Assembly (NCBI GenBank): GCA_004431415.1
Contig: QPMI01000038.1
Span: 332,955-396,954, forward strand
DNA: 64,000 bases
From: Cyanophora paradoxa CCMP329
Lineage: Eukaryota > Plantae > Glaucophyta
Reading direction: 5' to 3'
Made by a program: the position numbers and the translations under genes. This document shows, in pieces, positions 34,507 to 47,900 of the stretch. The notes beneath the pieces were generated by a model. That model saw only the letters and a list, made by a program, of their open reading frames with translations, did no database searches and was not told where the DNA came from. Numbering within the stretch: the stretch's first letter is position 1; each line of letters begins with the position of its first letter.

Positions 34507-37500
34507 TCAGTGCGAGATCACTTCCACCGCCTTCTGACCGCCACTCTCGCCCTTCTGGTTGGCCGCCACCTCGATCGTGTGGGGCTTCGCGGTCGACGTC
34601 GGGATTGCGGCGCCGTCCGCGAGGGCCGGTGCGACCGCCGCTCTGGCCCCCGCGCGCTTCTTCTTGTAGACGCAATACGCGGCGATTCCGCCCGCAATCA
34701 GGAGCACCCCGCCGCCTCTGCATCTCGGTCAACATGCTAGCCGCTGCAAAATTAAAGAGGCCGGACTTGCCCGCCGGCCGCGATGGCGACGATGGCCGTC
34801 GTGCTCATGACCGTTGAGCTCCCGCAGCTGGACCCGCTAACGGTGACTTTTGTGAAGTACCCCGATGCTCCTTTTCTGCAGCCTGCCACGGCTTTGAGCA
34901 CTGTGGTCCTGTTGGTGCAATCGCACGCGTTGTCGGTAAAGAGTTCAAGCAGAAGGGGTTGGCGATTCGATTCTGCGCATTCGCAATAGGGCATGAATCG
35001 CCAAGACGGTTGATTTCGATCAATGTGATTTACCGCAGGTGATAATGCCAGAGCCCTCAGTGACCAGGGAATTGGAATTTGACGACGTCATGCACTGAGC
35101 ATGCACGTCAAACATCAATCGATCGCGATACATATATATATACGTGAAATATTGCAATTGTATGGTACCTTTTCCGTTTGAAATTGGACAGTGGACGTTG
35201 ACGTAATTGCACCCCCGAGCAGGTTCGTGCAAGAGGAGTCGGTATATACGCCGGTGCTCTGTGATTTCATTCAAGTTATAGGCGACTTTCTGATTTATCT
35301 GTGTAGATCTCTGATTAACAAGATAGACCTGCGTACCACGAGGGCGATGGACTCCGAAGGTCCGTAGTTTCCGTACATCGATCGATAGCGATAACGATCG
35401 GTCACACAGATCGAGTCCGAGCTCGGCAATCCCGTCATCGGCGTTCCCGTCGACGGCGTTCCCGTCGACGGCGTTCCCGTCGCCGTCGACCCGGATCCGG
35501 AGCTCGACCCGGTGCTCGGGCCCGTGCTGGCGCTCGAGCCCGTCGAGGCCTCGTGCTCTTCAGCAGTCGTGCAGGACCTCTTCATGTACCCGGACACCTT
35601 GCTCGCGTAGTCGCACCCCGTCCAGGTGTCGCGAACGGCCCCCTTGCACGAGTCGTCGGAGTACCACACGATGCGGTACTTTCCTGGCGACCCCGGTCGG
35701 AGCGACCCAACCGAATTATTTACGTAGGGCTCGCGATTCCCACGTCGCAACCCACCGGCAACACAAGTAGAGATGCTGGAACCGTCGGTCACGATCGCGC
35801 CGGTGACTCCATTCGTGTTGTAAGCTGGCTGGCACTGTAGAAATTCGCGTAAATTCGTATACGTAAGTCATACATGAACTCAAATTATCATCATCGCAAA
35901 CCTCGTTTGTTTTCGCCCAGCCCTCCGTCGGCGTGACTTGATCTTGGAGGCTCCCCCGCTCCGTCGTACAAAGGGAATCGCTGTATGGCCCTGTAGTCTG
36001 TGTTGTGCAAAAGGCCAGTAAGTCTCAGGGGTAATGATGCTGGTTTGAAATATAATTGAACCTTAAGCCAGACGTAGGCGGGCTCCCCGCGCGCGGCCGC
36101 TGTGCTCGCCGAGCCAGAGCCAGAGCCCGAGCCGGAGGAGGATTGCGGCGTCGACCAGGCGCCCGAGCTCGAGCTCGGGGCGGACGCCGATCCGACGCTG
36201 GCGCTCGAGCTCGAGCTCGGCTCGCAGGTAATCCTCCGGTAGCCCGAGGCCGCAGAGCCGGCACAGGCAGTGAGCGTTCCCGCAAAGCCTCCCGAGCACG
36301 TCTCGTCGCTGTACGTCGTCGCGAGGAAGGCCCCTGCGCATGCACTCGCGCATTTGATCATCGGATATTGATATCGGTCTCAGCGCAGCGCACTGCGGCA
36401 GCAGATGGCGCTTTCCGCATACTTTTTCATCCGAGGCTCGGAGCGCTAGCGCGACTCACCTCCGGAGCAGGAAATCCAGACGGAGCCTTGACTCACGAAT
36501 CCCTTGGAGGTCGAGGAGGTCAAGCACTGCGCAGAACGATGTATCCAAGATCAGTTCTCGATCTGAATAATGTAAACTATTGCAGTTAAATTGATTATGA
36601 TCCAACCTTGTTCGTCTGAAGTGAGGATCCGGTTTTGTTCCCCGGCTTTGCGATATTATTGGGACGTGTGCACTGTGGATCAGTGTACGGGCCAGAAGTC
36701 TGCGCTCCAACACATGACACGAACAGCTGTCGGTCAGCTGCAGGCTGACTCGGCGAACTTGCGAAATGAACGAAGCAAACTGGACTGAATTGAGATATTA
36801 TTCCACCGATATCCCTCTTTTTCTAATATTAACGTATGGTATGTAAACTCATGTTTAGATGTCCACTTTAGAATTCGATGCTACATGTGCGCACAAAGAT
36901 GTCCACGGTCTCCGACGGGCCCGAGGAAGAAGCCGCGAGGGTCGTGCAGCTGGACCCCATCGCGACGACGGGCCCGCACACTGACTTCATGTACCCGCCT
37001 GCCGTGCTCGAGTAGTCGCACGCCGTGATCGCATTTTCCTTGAGGGCTGCCCCCGAGCAAGTACTGCCGCTGTACCTGTCGATGCGGAAGGACCCTGCGC
37101 AGGCGGTCGGGGGATCATGAGCGGAATTTGAAGCTTCATGAATATTATAAAAAGCAGGCGCGCGATTGGTGCAGGAAATTGTTTTGTAATAAATGTGCCA
37201 AGGTACCGGTAGGCTATTGCTATAGCGAGATATCGATTGACATCATGTTTCTCGCAATTGATCATGAATGCATATGCTCACCCGCGGAGCAGGTCATGAT
37301 GCCGGATTGGAAGCTAATGAAGCCCTGGGAGTTATCTGCAGTCAAGCACTGCGCATCTTCATTGTCAGCATAGCGACTGGAAATCTCGATTAAACTAAAG
37401 AATTCGGCCAATACGTCGACGTCAACTTTGATCGTTTAGCGTTGGCTCCTTAAGCTTGTTCGATATCATGATCAGTCGAGATAAATATATATGTACCTTG

Positions 37501-38589
37501 TTTGTGTCAATGCCCATGAATGATTGCACCCTGCAGTAGGACTTGGGGGTTGTGCATTTTGAATCTTGAAATGGTCCGGAATGCTGCGGATAATTATATT
37601 TAATACTTATCGGAGATTCGAGTTCGACGATCTAGATCAAAGAACTAGATCTAGATCTAGAGCACCAGGATGCTGACGGTCTCCGAACGGCGCGACACGC
37701 AGGTGCGCTTCAAGTAGCCCGCCTCGGTGGTTGAAAAGGCGCAGGTCTGGATCTTCCAAGTGACCGGGCCCGAACACTCCGTGCCGTCATAGCCGTCGCC
37801 GTACAAGGCGCCTGCGGGTGCCGTCCGGCTGATCGAAACTTGCGGAAGATAGCTGACGAACAGAATCTCAACACTTCTGCGTACCTGAGGCTGTGCATCC
37901 TAAGATCGCTGAGTCCTCTACAAGGAAAGTCGGAGCAGAGGTAGGGTTGAGACACTTGAGATATGCGCGAAAATACGCGTGGTTAATCAGGACGAAGTTA
38001 CAAGGCTAGATCTGGTGGATCTCGATCTAGCTACAGATCCGCGGGGATATCGACTCGCACCCTGGCGGTTTGCAGCGCCGAAACGGTTCTGTTGGTGTAT
38101 CCGGAGCCGCGGGTCGTGCAGGAGGAGTCCGTGAAAGGCCCCGAGACCTGCGAGACAGGCAGTGAGGGCAGCTGCAGCTACAGCTCGGCGACAGCGACTT
38201 ATTAAAATATATAATGAGCTCAAGTCAATTGCAACGCTGGCTATTGACGTGTACGCTTGAGCTAGCGCTCGAGCTCTAGTATCGGTGATATAGTTCGAAT
38301 TCATGATCACGGTCGCAATTATAATTTTATATATCAAAATATAGTATAAAATTAAATATATACGTATACGCACAAACACATCAACGATATCAGCGTTGCA
38401 TTTACGCGTGCAGAAGATGCACACTGCGGGCACGCGCACATATACTTCAATATGCATATGCGCAGGCCATGCATAAGCCCTACGGCACGACCGCGCTCGC
38501 GGCTCACCGAACGCTGCAAACACGCAGACCATGAAGCTGCAGCTGTGCATGCGCATGCCGCTGCGGCGGCCACAGCGGCGCAGGTCCAT
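34507..38589 (-). CDS. Type I cell-surface protein: signal peptide, 5 tandem Cys-rich modules, S/T linkers, TM, short tail
   Basis: Repeated (S/T)G(P/V)(F/Y)xDxxCT..C..C..(Y/F)xxxxCxG..xC..GYxKxxC modules. TM IVAIAAG|GVLLIAGGIAAYCVY followed by KKKR. Confidence 0.75.
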
Positions 38590-40139
38590 CTTCGGAAGTT
38601 CTTCGACAGCGTCTGCCGCAGCATATGAGCAGGCCGCAGCTGCAGCCAGCGCTATACCCAGTCACAGTACTCTGCTGATCGCACCCTATAGCTAGGACGC
38701 TCGTCCGATCCAGATGCGATCCGTCTGACTCAGTAAGCTGCGAGAGTTCAGGGTCAGTTTTGTGCGCGCGGACATATATATGCGCTTGCGGGGCGATGCG
38801 CGGCTTTATGGATCCCCCAGCGGCCGGGACCCGCGGCCGGGCTGGGAGATGTGTGGAGATGTGTGGATCCCGGAGATATCGATGTGCGGATCCAGCCCGC
38901 GGCGGCGGCGGTATGCGTAGCGCGCGCGCGGCAACCGCGGCGCCGCGAGGGTAGAGCACCAACGTGCGTTAGCGCTACCGGTACCGGTACCACGCCGCAC
39001 GCTGCACGCACGTGCGCTACAGACTATACAGTCTAGTTTGCAGCTACAGGCTGCACATGCGTACATACGTAGCTACAGCCTACCGGTTGTCTATAGCTAG
39101 TCCCCCGTCGACGTCCGCGGCGCGCGCGGCGGCGCCGCGGCGGCGGGCCCGGGGCCCGGGGGCCGGCCGGGCCCGGGCCCCGGGGCCGGCGCCGCCGCGC
39201 CGGCACAGACTGCCGCACTGCGGCACAGTGCGGCGGCAGTCACTGAGTACTAACTGAGTGGCACTGCGCAATGCGCACTGCGGCATGCCGCAGTGCGGCA
39301 CTACTAGTACTAGTAGTCTACTACGTACTACTGGCACAGTGGCACGCCGGCGGCAGGTGATCATGATCGAATCAGCTCGATCGATCACGGAGTCCGACGT
39401 CGACGGTCCTGTGAGTCCTGACTCCTGACCGTCAGACTCCTGATTCAATTCAATTCATGAAATCGAAGCTTCCGGATCCCGGAGAGAGTCCGCGCGCCAC
39501 GTGCACATGATCATATGCATGAACATGTAAACCTCGCGATCACGAAGCTTTAAAACGATTCGCGACCGCAATCAAATGTCACGTGGCTGCAAGCCCCCAA
39601 CCCCCGCTGCGCTAGCCACTTCTGCAGCGCCGCTGCGGCCAGGCAGGCTGCGACTCAGCCTGCGAGAGGAGCGCCGCGGCGCTAGCGCTAGCTAGTATAC
39701 GTATACCCCCGCGTCGCTGCGGCCAGCTGCAGGCAGCGCTAGCGGCTTGCCTCGCCGCTGGCGCCTTCACGTGCGGCGCGCGGCCACGCGGCGGCTTCGG
39801 CATAGCGCTCCTTAACTTGAGCTTGCGGCCAGCACCCGGTGACCGCGGCCGCCGGCCGGGATCCGGAGGTGACCTCCGGGAGCTCTAGGCTAGCTATAAC
39901 CATGTACAGGTCGAGTTTCGAGTTCTGCTCTGCGCGATCGATATCGCTGATCATGACGTTCGAGCTCGAGGCCTAGGCTAGCGCTCCTCGCGATCGCGAT
40001 CGCCGCCCTAGGCCTCTCGCCGGGCCTCGCGCCTCTAGGCCTGTTCAAGATCTAGAGCCTAGCCCCTATAGCTAGGCCTGGCCCTATATATAACTAGCTA
40101 TAGGCTTGGCCATGGCCTGCCGGGCGGCCCCGGCCGCCG

Positions 40140-40425
40140 CCCTCTCAGCCCGCGGCCCGCGCGCGGCAGGCTCGCCGCTGCCGCCGGCGGCGCTCGCGGC
40201 GCTCGCGGCGCCGGCCGGCGCGGCCCGCGGGCGCCTCTCGCTCGGGATGGAGGTCGACCTCGCGCCAGGCCGCCCCGGCCCGCGGAGGCCGCCGCGGCGC
40301 TGGCCGCCGCCCTGGCCCGTCGACGTCCCGCCGCCTCGTCCTCGCGGTCGCCGTCGGCGAGCCTCGGAGGAGGCGCTGCGCGGCGGCTGGCTCGAGGGCC
40401 TCGCCGCATTCGCCGCATTCGTCTC
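40140..40425 (+). pseudogene. Orphan exon fragment of the F-box/LRR family
   Basis: ARGRLSLGMEVDLAPGRP..ALRGGWLEGLAAF matches 33810-34050 and the reverse complement of ~16000-16230. It has indels and no flanking exons. Confidence 0.8.
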
Positions 40426-40469
40426 ATGATCAGCCTGGCAGCAGTTTAAACTTACATGTACAAATATCC

Positions 40470-40960
40470 GCCCCCCGCCACCCCTCTCAACGCCCCGCCG
40501 CCCTAGTGCCCCGCCGCTCTCTCGCGCTCTTCCTCCTTCGCCCCCCAGCGCCCGCCGCCCCCCAGCGCCCTCCCCCGTCACCCCTATCAGCGCCCCGCGG
40601 CCCCAGTGCCCCGCCGCTCTCTCGTGCCCTTCCCCCGTCGCGCCCCAGTGCTCCTCCACCCTTTCGCGCCCCGCCCTCACCCCCAGCGCCCCGCCCCCGC
40701 CGCCCCCCAGCGCCCCGCCCCCGCCGCCCTCCAGCGCCCTGCCCCGACCCCCAGCGCCCCGCTCCGCTCCCGGCCCATCACCCTCCCTGCCCGCCCCGCC
40801 TCCGCTCGCCCCCCAGCTCCCCGATTCCAGCGCTTCACCCCCGCGCGCCACCCTCCAGCGCTCCGTGTACCCCACTCCCTGCCCTTCTCCCCCTCCCTAC
40901 GCCTCGCCCCCCTCCGACTTCCAGCACCCCGTGCGCCTCGCCTCCCCCCTCCCCCCCTTC
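40470..40960. repeat. Degenerate C-rich minisatellite (CCCAGCGCCC-like units)
   Basis: About a dozen ccagcg/ccagtg cores in C runs. G-quadruplex potential on the minus strand. Confidence 0.7.
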
Positions 40961-41952
40961 TCCACAGGGCCAAGGACACCAACGCATCAGGCCCTCCTAA
41001 AGCTGCAGATCGATAGCTCACAGCTAGGCTAGGATAGCAGGACGCCTTCCCTCTATGCCGCAGAGCCTCAGAGCTAGCCTAGGTACCGGTGCCCCCCCAT
41101 GTCGATGAAAACGACGGGGCGGCGGTTGTTGTCTTCAACAATGCATGAATGTCTTCCTAACTGAGGTGTTGTTGTCTTCAATACGAACATTGCCCGGTTG
41201 GGCTTTTGCAAAAAAAGGTTTATAGTGCATTAATAGTGCCACGGTGGCCATATGCATGGGTTGGTTAACGTTCGGTTCGAATTCAAGTAAATATACGATT
41301 AAATAAATGGTTGCTGCGCGGCACAGCCGTCCGGCCGTTTCTCTGCCCTTCCTGACTCTATAGCTAGATCTACAACGTCTCTTCATTAATATTTGCAACG
41401 TCTAGACCTGCTGCGCATGCGCCCCACGCCTTCCTCGTTAAACTCCCCCCCTCCCCCCGACCCCCGAATTCGGCTGCGTCCCGCCTCTTCGAATGCCGGA
41501 ACCCCCCAGGCCCTGGGCTTAATTATAAGCTTTTAGCGCCAAGAACCCGTGCGACATCGACATCTTGTTGATATTTTATAACCGAACGACATTAAATTCA
41601 GTCCTAGGACTATATGGTTTACATTGATGTCCTGCTAGCTGTAGGTTTCGAGAGCTCCTAGTTCTGCACTACAACATATTGAACTGCATTTCGCTAATTA
41701 TAAGCTAAGCCTTCGATTGAAATTGTGCGATCATACTCTCACGATCACGATATATTTTCGGTAGGGGCGAAGCCTGCAGAAGAACTCGAGATATTTGATA
41801 TGTGCAGGGGCATTGCGCCAAACAACGGAGCAGGAAAATAATTGCGCCTACAGTAGAATTTTGAAGGGACATCGATTTCGACATCTCAGTATCTTGCAAT
41901 TGATGCCCACGATCAGTCCTTTTTCAAGCTGCTTGTCTATTCATGATCATGA

Positions 41953-44900
41953 TCAGTCCAAGGTCGATGGTTCTTGGTCATTGGGCAGAAGCCCAGAGAT
42001 TGAATATCGTGGAGGATTGACGTCGCCGTCGCGCGTATCGACCACAGAGAGATGGATGGGCCCATCCTCCGGATGCCCGAGCAGGTCGTGTCCCCGCCCG
42101 TGCACGTGCCGGGCATGGAGACTTGAGACGCGGCGGAGTCGGACCGGGGGCGCCGGCGCTGCGTCTAGGCTCTCCCGAGCGACCGGTACAGCCACGGGCC
42201 CCGGTCGGACGATCTCGATCGAGGTCCTAAGCTTGGTCCGAGTGCCCTGCCCCTGCCGTGTGCGAATTCCAGTCAGCTGGAGGGTTCACATACTCCTGCA
42301 GCTGTGGCTGCTGCATATGTAAAATTTGTGAAGGACTCGGTGACCTGCTTCGTGTTCGAATTCTGCTGCCGCATCATCTGCACTGCGGACGGTCCGCATT
42401 GAGGCACGCCAAGCACGCGCCGTTTCGCATACTGCGCGGAATAGTTCCCGTTAAGGCTACAACTTTATTTACGATTGAGAATGCTGAATCGACCGCGCGG
42501 GGCGGGCGGCCGGCCGGACCTTGTAGACCTCACTGAAACACAGCAGAATAATGAGCGAACAAGCGACGACGCCCCACTCCCACGAGAGTGGCGCGTGGCC
42601 AAATGCCTGCCAGGAATTCCGAAAGTTCGAAGCGGTTCAATTCAGGTTAATACTAAATTAAACGTTTGATATATCGATGCGCTGCAGAAATCGAAGTTTA
42701 AGGGGAAATCGATGCTGACCGTGTCGTTCAAAACGGGTATGTAGAGGGTAGCGAAAGTAATGGGAATGGGTATCGCAGCCGCAATGAAAAGAGCTCTTCG
42801 AGCACAGTATATATATAGATAGGAGTTAGCAAGCGAGGTCAGCGATTGCGACGTTGTGGCGAGGAGCGGGATGAGCGCACTTCGCGGTGCGCCAGTTTTG
42901 CTGGAAGAGTGAGAGGCGCGGGTGCCGCACGCAGAAGGCGACCCCTCTGCGCGATCGCGAGCGCGCGCCCAGCCGGGCGCAATGTCGGCTTAGAAGAGAC
43001 CACAGAAAGTTAAAGCAAAGCAACAGCGCACAGCAGCATGGCCACGAGACTGGCGAAGGCGCAACCTCGAGCCTTGAAGGTGTTCTCGCACCCTGGGTGA
43101 TCCTGGTACCGATCGCTGATCACGGTACCGGTTGCGCGAGGCGCGGTCGCCTCATGGTCAATCGTCGCTCCAGCTGAGGCGCGCTTAAGGTGCGCCGCAC
43201 GCGATGCGCACCAGTAAATACCGAAGTCGCCGCCGTAATATCCGTAGATCACAACAATGAAATCTACCAGAGTGACCACTCCCATGACCTGTTTTTTTAA
43301 GCGATTCAGGATCCGGAAGGCATGCACTCGCGATCGCATGAACATGCATATGAACATGATATCGATCATGATCAAGGCGCACCACACCGTACGCAATGCA
43401 ATCAAGGGTCAATTCTTTCGTGAAAAGGCCTTCAAGCGAGCTTTTTGGAGGCCTGCACGTGCATAGAGAATTGTTATTTAAAGATGGACGTGCGGACATT
43501 GCAGACGCGAGAGCCACGCACGTCAGCATGAGGTCGCCGGAAGCTTCCTGGTTCCCAAAATGATCAAAGCCGGATAATACTAATGAATTAATTGTAAAAG
43601 ACAGGCAAATTATAGACCTCCATTCCCAAAGCGATGTCCGCAGGAGTTCCCGTGACCTGATCATGATGGAACGTATAAACCATGCATCAGAACAGGACCT
43701 GCAGATGTTGCGCCAGCATCGCACCATGTTCAACCAGAGAATTTGGATAGCGGTCATCGGGTAGATGAGGTGCTCATTCCCTCCCACGTCCTTGATCTTG
43801 CCGAAGCATAAGCCTGTTTGCAAGCGATGAGAATTAAAGTCAACAGCCACGTGCACAGCCACGCCAGATCTAGATGGAAGACTGCTTTCACCGACGATAA
43901 GCGCGATCATCTCAGCGACATCGCTGGATAACAGGTGTATAATAAACTTGGCCAAATTCGCGAATATGCGGCGGCCGTCCTGCGCGAGCGAGCCGGCGAC
44001 GCTCTCAGCAACGTTAACAGAGCGCCGAGATCGAGATCGAGGTCCAATCGAAAGGTGGGCGGACCTCGACGGCGATGACGATCGACGCAAAGTTGTCGTC
44101 GGTGAGCACAATGTCAGCGGCCTACGCAAACGCGCCCGCGGCCGGTCAGCATAAGCTTTCTGCGCGCCGCTGCCTGCATATGCATGCTGGCTTTGGGCGG
44201 GCCTCTTTGGTGACGTCGCTGCCGCCGAGACCCATCGCGATGCCGACGTCCGCCTTCGAATTCACCGCGCCGCGTGCGTCGACGTCGACGTCACGCTTAT
44301 GCATGAAGATACGAATTCGATGTCTCGAGGCGAGTTTTCGCTCACCTTCACAATGCTTGGGGCGTCATTCACGCCGTCTCCCGTCATTGCCACTGCGGGG
44401 AAACTGTGTAAGGCGCTGCGGTGAGGGTGCGCAAATTTATGCACGTGGGCTCACCAAAGCGGCCGCGGCGCTTGAGGGCATCGACGAGTTTGACCTGCGC
44501 ATGCATGCCGTCGCGTTGATTGCGCGTCTTTAATAAATTTTTAAATAGGAAACGACGAGCTGAAGCGTCGCGCGCCTTGGAGTCGGGGCTGCAGCGTGCG
44601 ACAACCAACGGGAGCTCGGGCAGCGCGTCCTCCTGCACGGCGCCGGCACATTTACAGTAGGTGTGGCGAACCACGTAAATAGATGGCGAGCTTCATTATA
44701 ATTGAAGTCGGGCAACACTAGTACTGACCTGCTCCACCGTTAGCTTGTCGTACTCGGCGGCGGTCATCACCAGGCCCTGTTGGTTGCAAGTTGCGTCAGC
44801 GTTCAACGCTCCAGCTGAACGCACGTGCACTAGAAAGAGCACTCGCGGCTCTGCGAATGAACCTTGCTGCGGCATTCGTTGGGGTCATCCTGGATGATGC

Positions 44901-47900
44901 CGACCTGCGCTGCGATTGCGGCCGCCTGCGCGAAGCAAACTGTTGGATCTACATAGAGGGCTGTTCGAGCAATCAGCCCATATAGATCTAAATTAAACTT
45001 ATGCTTCATGACCTCTGCATGCACACCGTAACCGCGTGATCGCCCGTGACCACTGCAAGCAGGATGAATTCGTTAGGGATCGGGGTGCACGCCAGGACAT
45101 GCAGTCGAGGCTCAAAACGGGGGATCATGCGGCTCGCGACAGTGATATCGATCGGGACATGTGCACGCACTGTGGACAGTGATGCCGGCGCGCTGGCACA
45201 CAGCGACAGAGGCCGCGGTCTCGTCGCGCGGCGGGTCGTAAATCCCAACCTGGGCACGCGAACAGCGAGCGTTCAAATTAAATATAAAATAATGAGCCTT
45301 GCAATATTAATCGCGCGAAATGGCTGGCGAACGGAACATCGATATCAGCGCACCAAGCCGATGAAGGTCAGCCCCTGCTCGACGAGCGACCGGTCGGGCA
45401 GCTCCGCGGCCGCGTGGAGCTCCGCAGACGCCACCATCTGCACGGAAGCGTAAGTAGAATAGAAACGATTGACGGCATCACTGCCTAACAAAGTAGCGCA
45501 TTCACCGCAACTGGCGGAACCTCCTCGGATCGCTCGGCCTGCTGCGCATGCGTGCCCGTGTGCGCATGCGCCTGGGCATTCTGCGCGCGTGCACGTGTGC
45601 GCATTTGCGCGCATGGGCACTGAGTATCCCAGCATTCGCGATCGAGCAGAGTGCAAACTGAAACCCGCTCGGCGGTCGTCCATGCGCACCCGCCTGGCCC
45701 AGGCTCGCAGGTCCCCCGAGAGCGCCCCGCTCGCCTCTGAGTCGACCTCGCGCTGGGCGATGGCAAGAACACGCAGGCCGCGTGACGCAAGCTGCGCCGC
45801 AGGGGTCAGCGCGCCGAAAGGAATCGATATCAATGACTGCAGCGCTAGCGGATGACAAGAAGCGTCGACGTTGCGCGCCGTTTCAACTTGCGCGAGCATC
45901 CGCTCCGTGAAGCGTTCGTCCAGCGGGATGCCCTGTGTTTGAAGACGGTTTGGCGCATTACCCTGGTGCCCCTCAAAACGCTCGGGCCTCTCACCCGATC
46001 GTTTCCTGCTTTTCCCTGGAACCAGTGGGTGCAAGAGCGCAGGACAACTTCCGCCGCCCCTTTCGTGACGACGAGCAGCTGCGCAGACGCGAGTTTGAGA
46101 CGAGGTGAAGTGGCCCAGTGGGTATTTATACAGAAATATAGATGCAGAATTAAGCGCACGGCGTTCCTGTTTCTCTTGGGCTCTACAACGACAGTCATCC
46201 GTTTCAGAGTGGCGTCGAAATCGTACTGCGCCCGTGATATCGATGAATCGAGTCAGCGTCTTGCTACATTTGCGAGAGATCACGACGTTATAATTAATAT
46301 TATCATAAGGACAACAGAGTCCGTTAACGCTGGCCCTGCTATCTTGCTTAAATATATAATATATACCTGGCAGATGGGATTGTACTCGTCTCGAAGGAGA
46401 TTGTTCTGGAAGACACGCACCATGATCGCGATTAGTTTGGCGTGTCACGAGATCGTATCAGGAATAGGGCGCCGGCAATTTAAAGGAACTTTTGTCATCA
46501 ATGATTATGATCATAATGTTTTTCAGGGCGCCGGCAATAAAGGAAGTGGGAAGGACCTTTAGAACTCCGCCTTTCACAGCAAGAACCTGTCGAACAAGAG
46601 TGGGAACAGACATCACTAAACATTCTAAGTGCGCAACGCTGTCCTTGTGCACCTGCAGCGCCACTTCGGTCGGATCGCCCGTAGATACCCACTCGGGGCT
46701 CGAGGCAACCGGCTGGAATTCGCTGCTCCGATCATGATCAGGTGCTGCCGAGGCTCCAGTCGTTGCTTCGACCTCGAGCTCCGTTTTCTGTAATCTTGCG
46801 GAGTGACGAATGGAATCGAAATCTGAGAGATTCGAAGCGCTAGCGCTCGCCTCGTGGACAGTCGCGTTGTTGCACATCGACACGCCCACCAACAGACGGC
46901 GGAGCGCGTCGTCCGGAGTCTTTGACTCAGATCGATAATCGTGCACTTGCTCGTTTCCTCCTCCGCTCGAGCTTGCCTGAGGTCCGTGTTCGCAGCACGA
47001 TCGCGGCAGTGTTAATGATGCGACCATATGCACTATGTAATTAGAATATAATAAGCTGCATGCGAACCTCCGCGAATGTGCCCTCGGGCACGATTCCGGC
47101 ACCGGACACTTCGATCGCGCGATCGGGCATGAAAATTGAAACAGCGACCATCTTTCCCTGCGTCTGCAGAAGTCGTTTATGTTACGCAGTGATTTGATTA
47201 TGTCAGAAGGAGCGAACTCGAGCGAGCGAAATTAAAGTTACAGATAAATATACATATAAATCCGCCAACAAACCAGGGTGCCTGTCTTGTCCTGCGGAGG
47301 CATGAACAACGTTGACGTCAACGTTAAAATGTGCACTGTGACTGCACGTTTATGCAGACGAAGCCGGACGCACGCAGCAAATGTCGGTAACCGCCCCAAG
47401 GGCTTCCAGGGAGTTGAGCTTGCGCACAATCGCCTTGTTGCGGGCCATCTCTGCAGCGGCCGACGTCGACGGAGAGCTAAGCGCTATCGCGTATTTAGCA
47501 CAGCAGCCAAAGTCGAGCGCACTTCTCACTCCGATTGCCATTGTCACCGTCATCACTGCCGCGAGTGCACATGATCATGAGCTCGACGGTGCATCGATGT
47601 AACCACCGCACATGTTCGCACCTGCCGCAAGACCCTCCGGAATAATCTGATGCGACCCCAAGGAAAAGCAAAGGCACATGCGCAGTCAGCTAAGCTCGGA
47701 ATCTAAAGCGACAGGCGCATGCGCACGGACGCATACGCACCGCAATGCCGACGGAGATCGCGTAGAGGGCCACCTTCTGCAGATTCCCCTGGAACTGCGC
47801 GTGCAGCAAGCCGTTCAGAATGCGAATCATTCATTCGAGAAATCAAGTGTCAAGGATCCGGAGAAGCATGGGTTCCGCGCCTTGTTAACCGCAAAAACGA

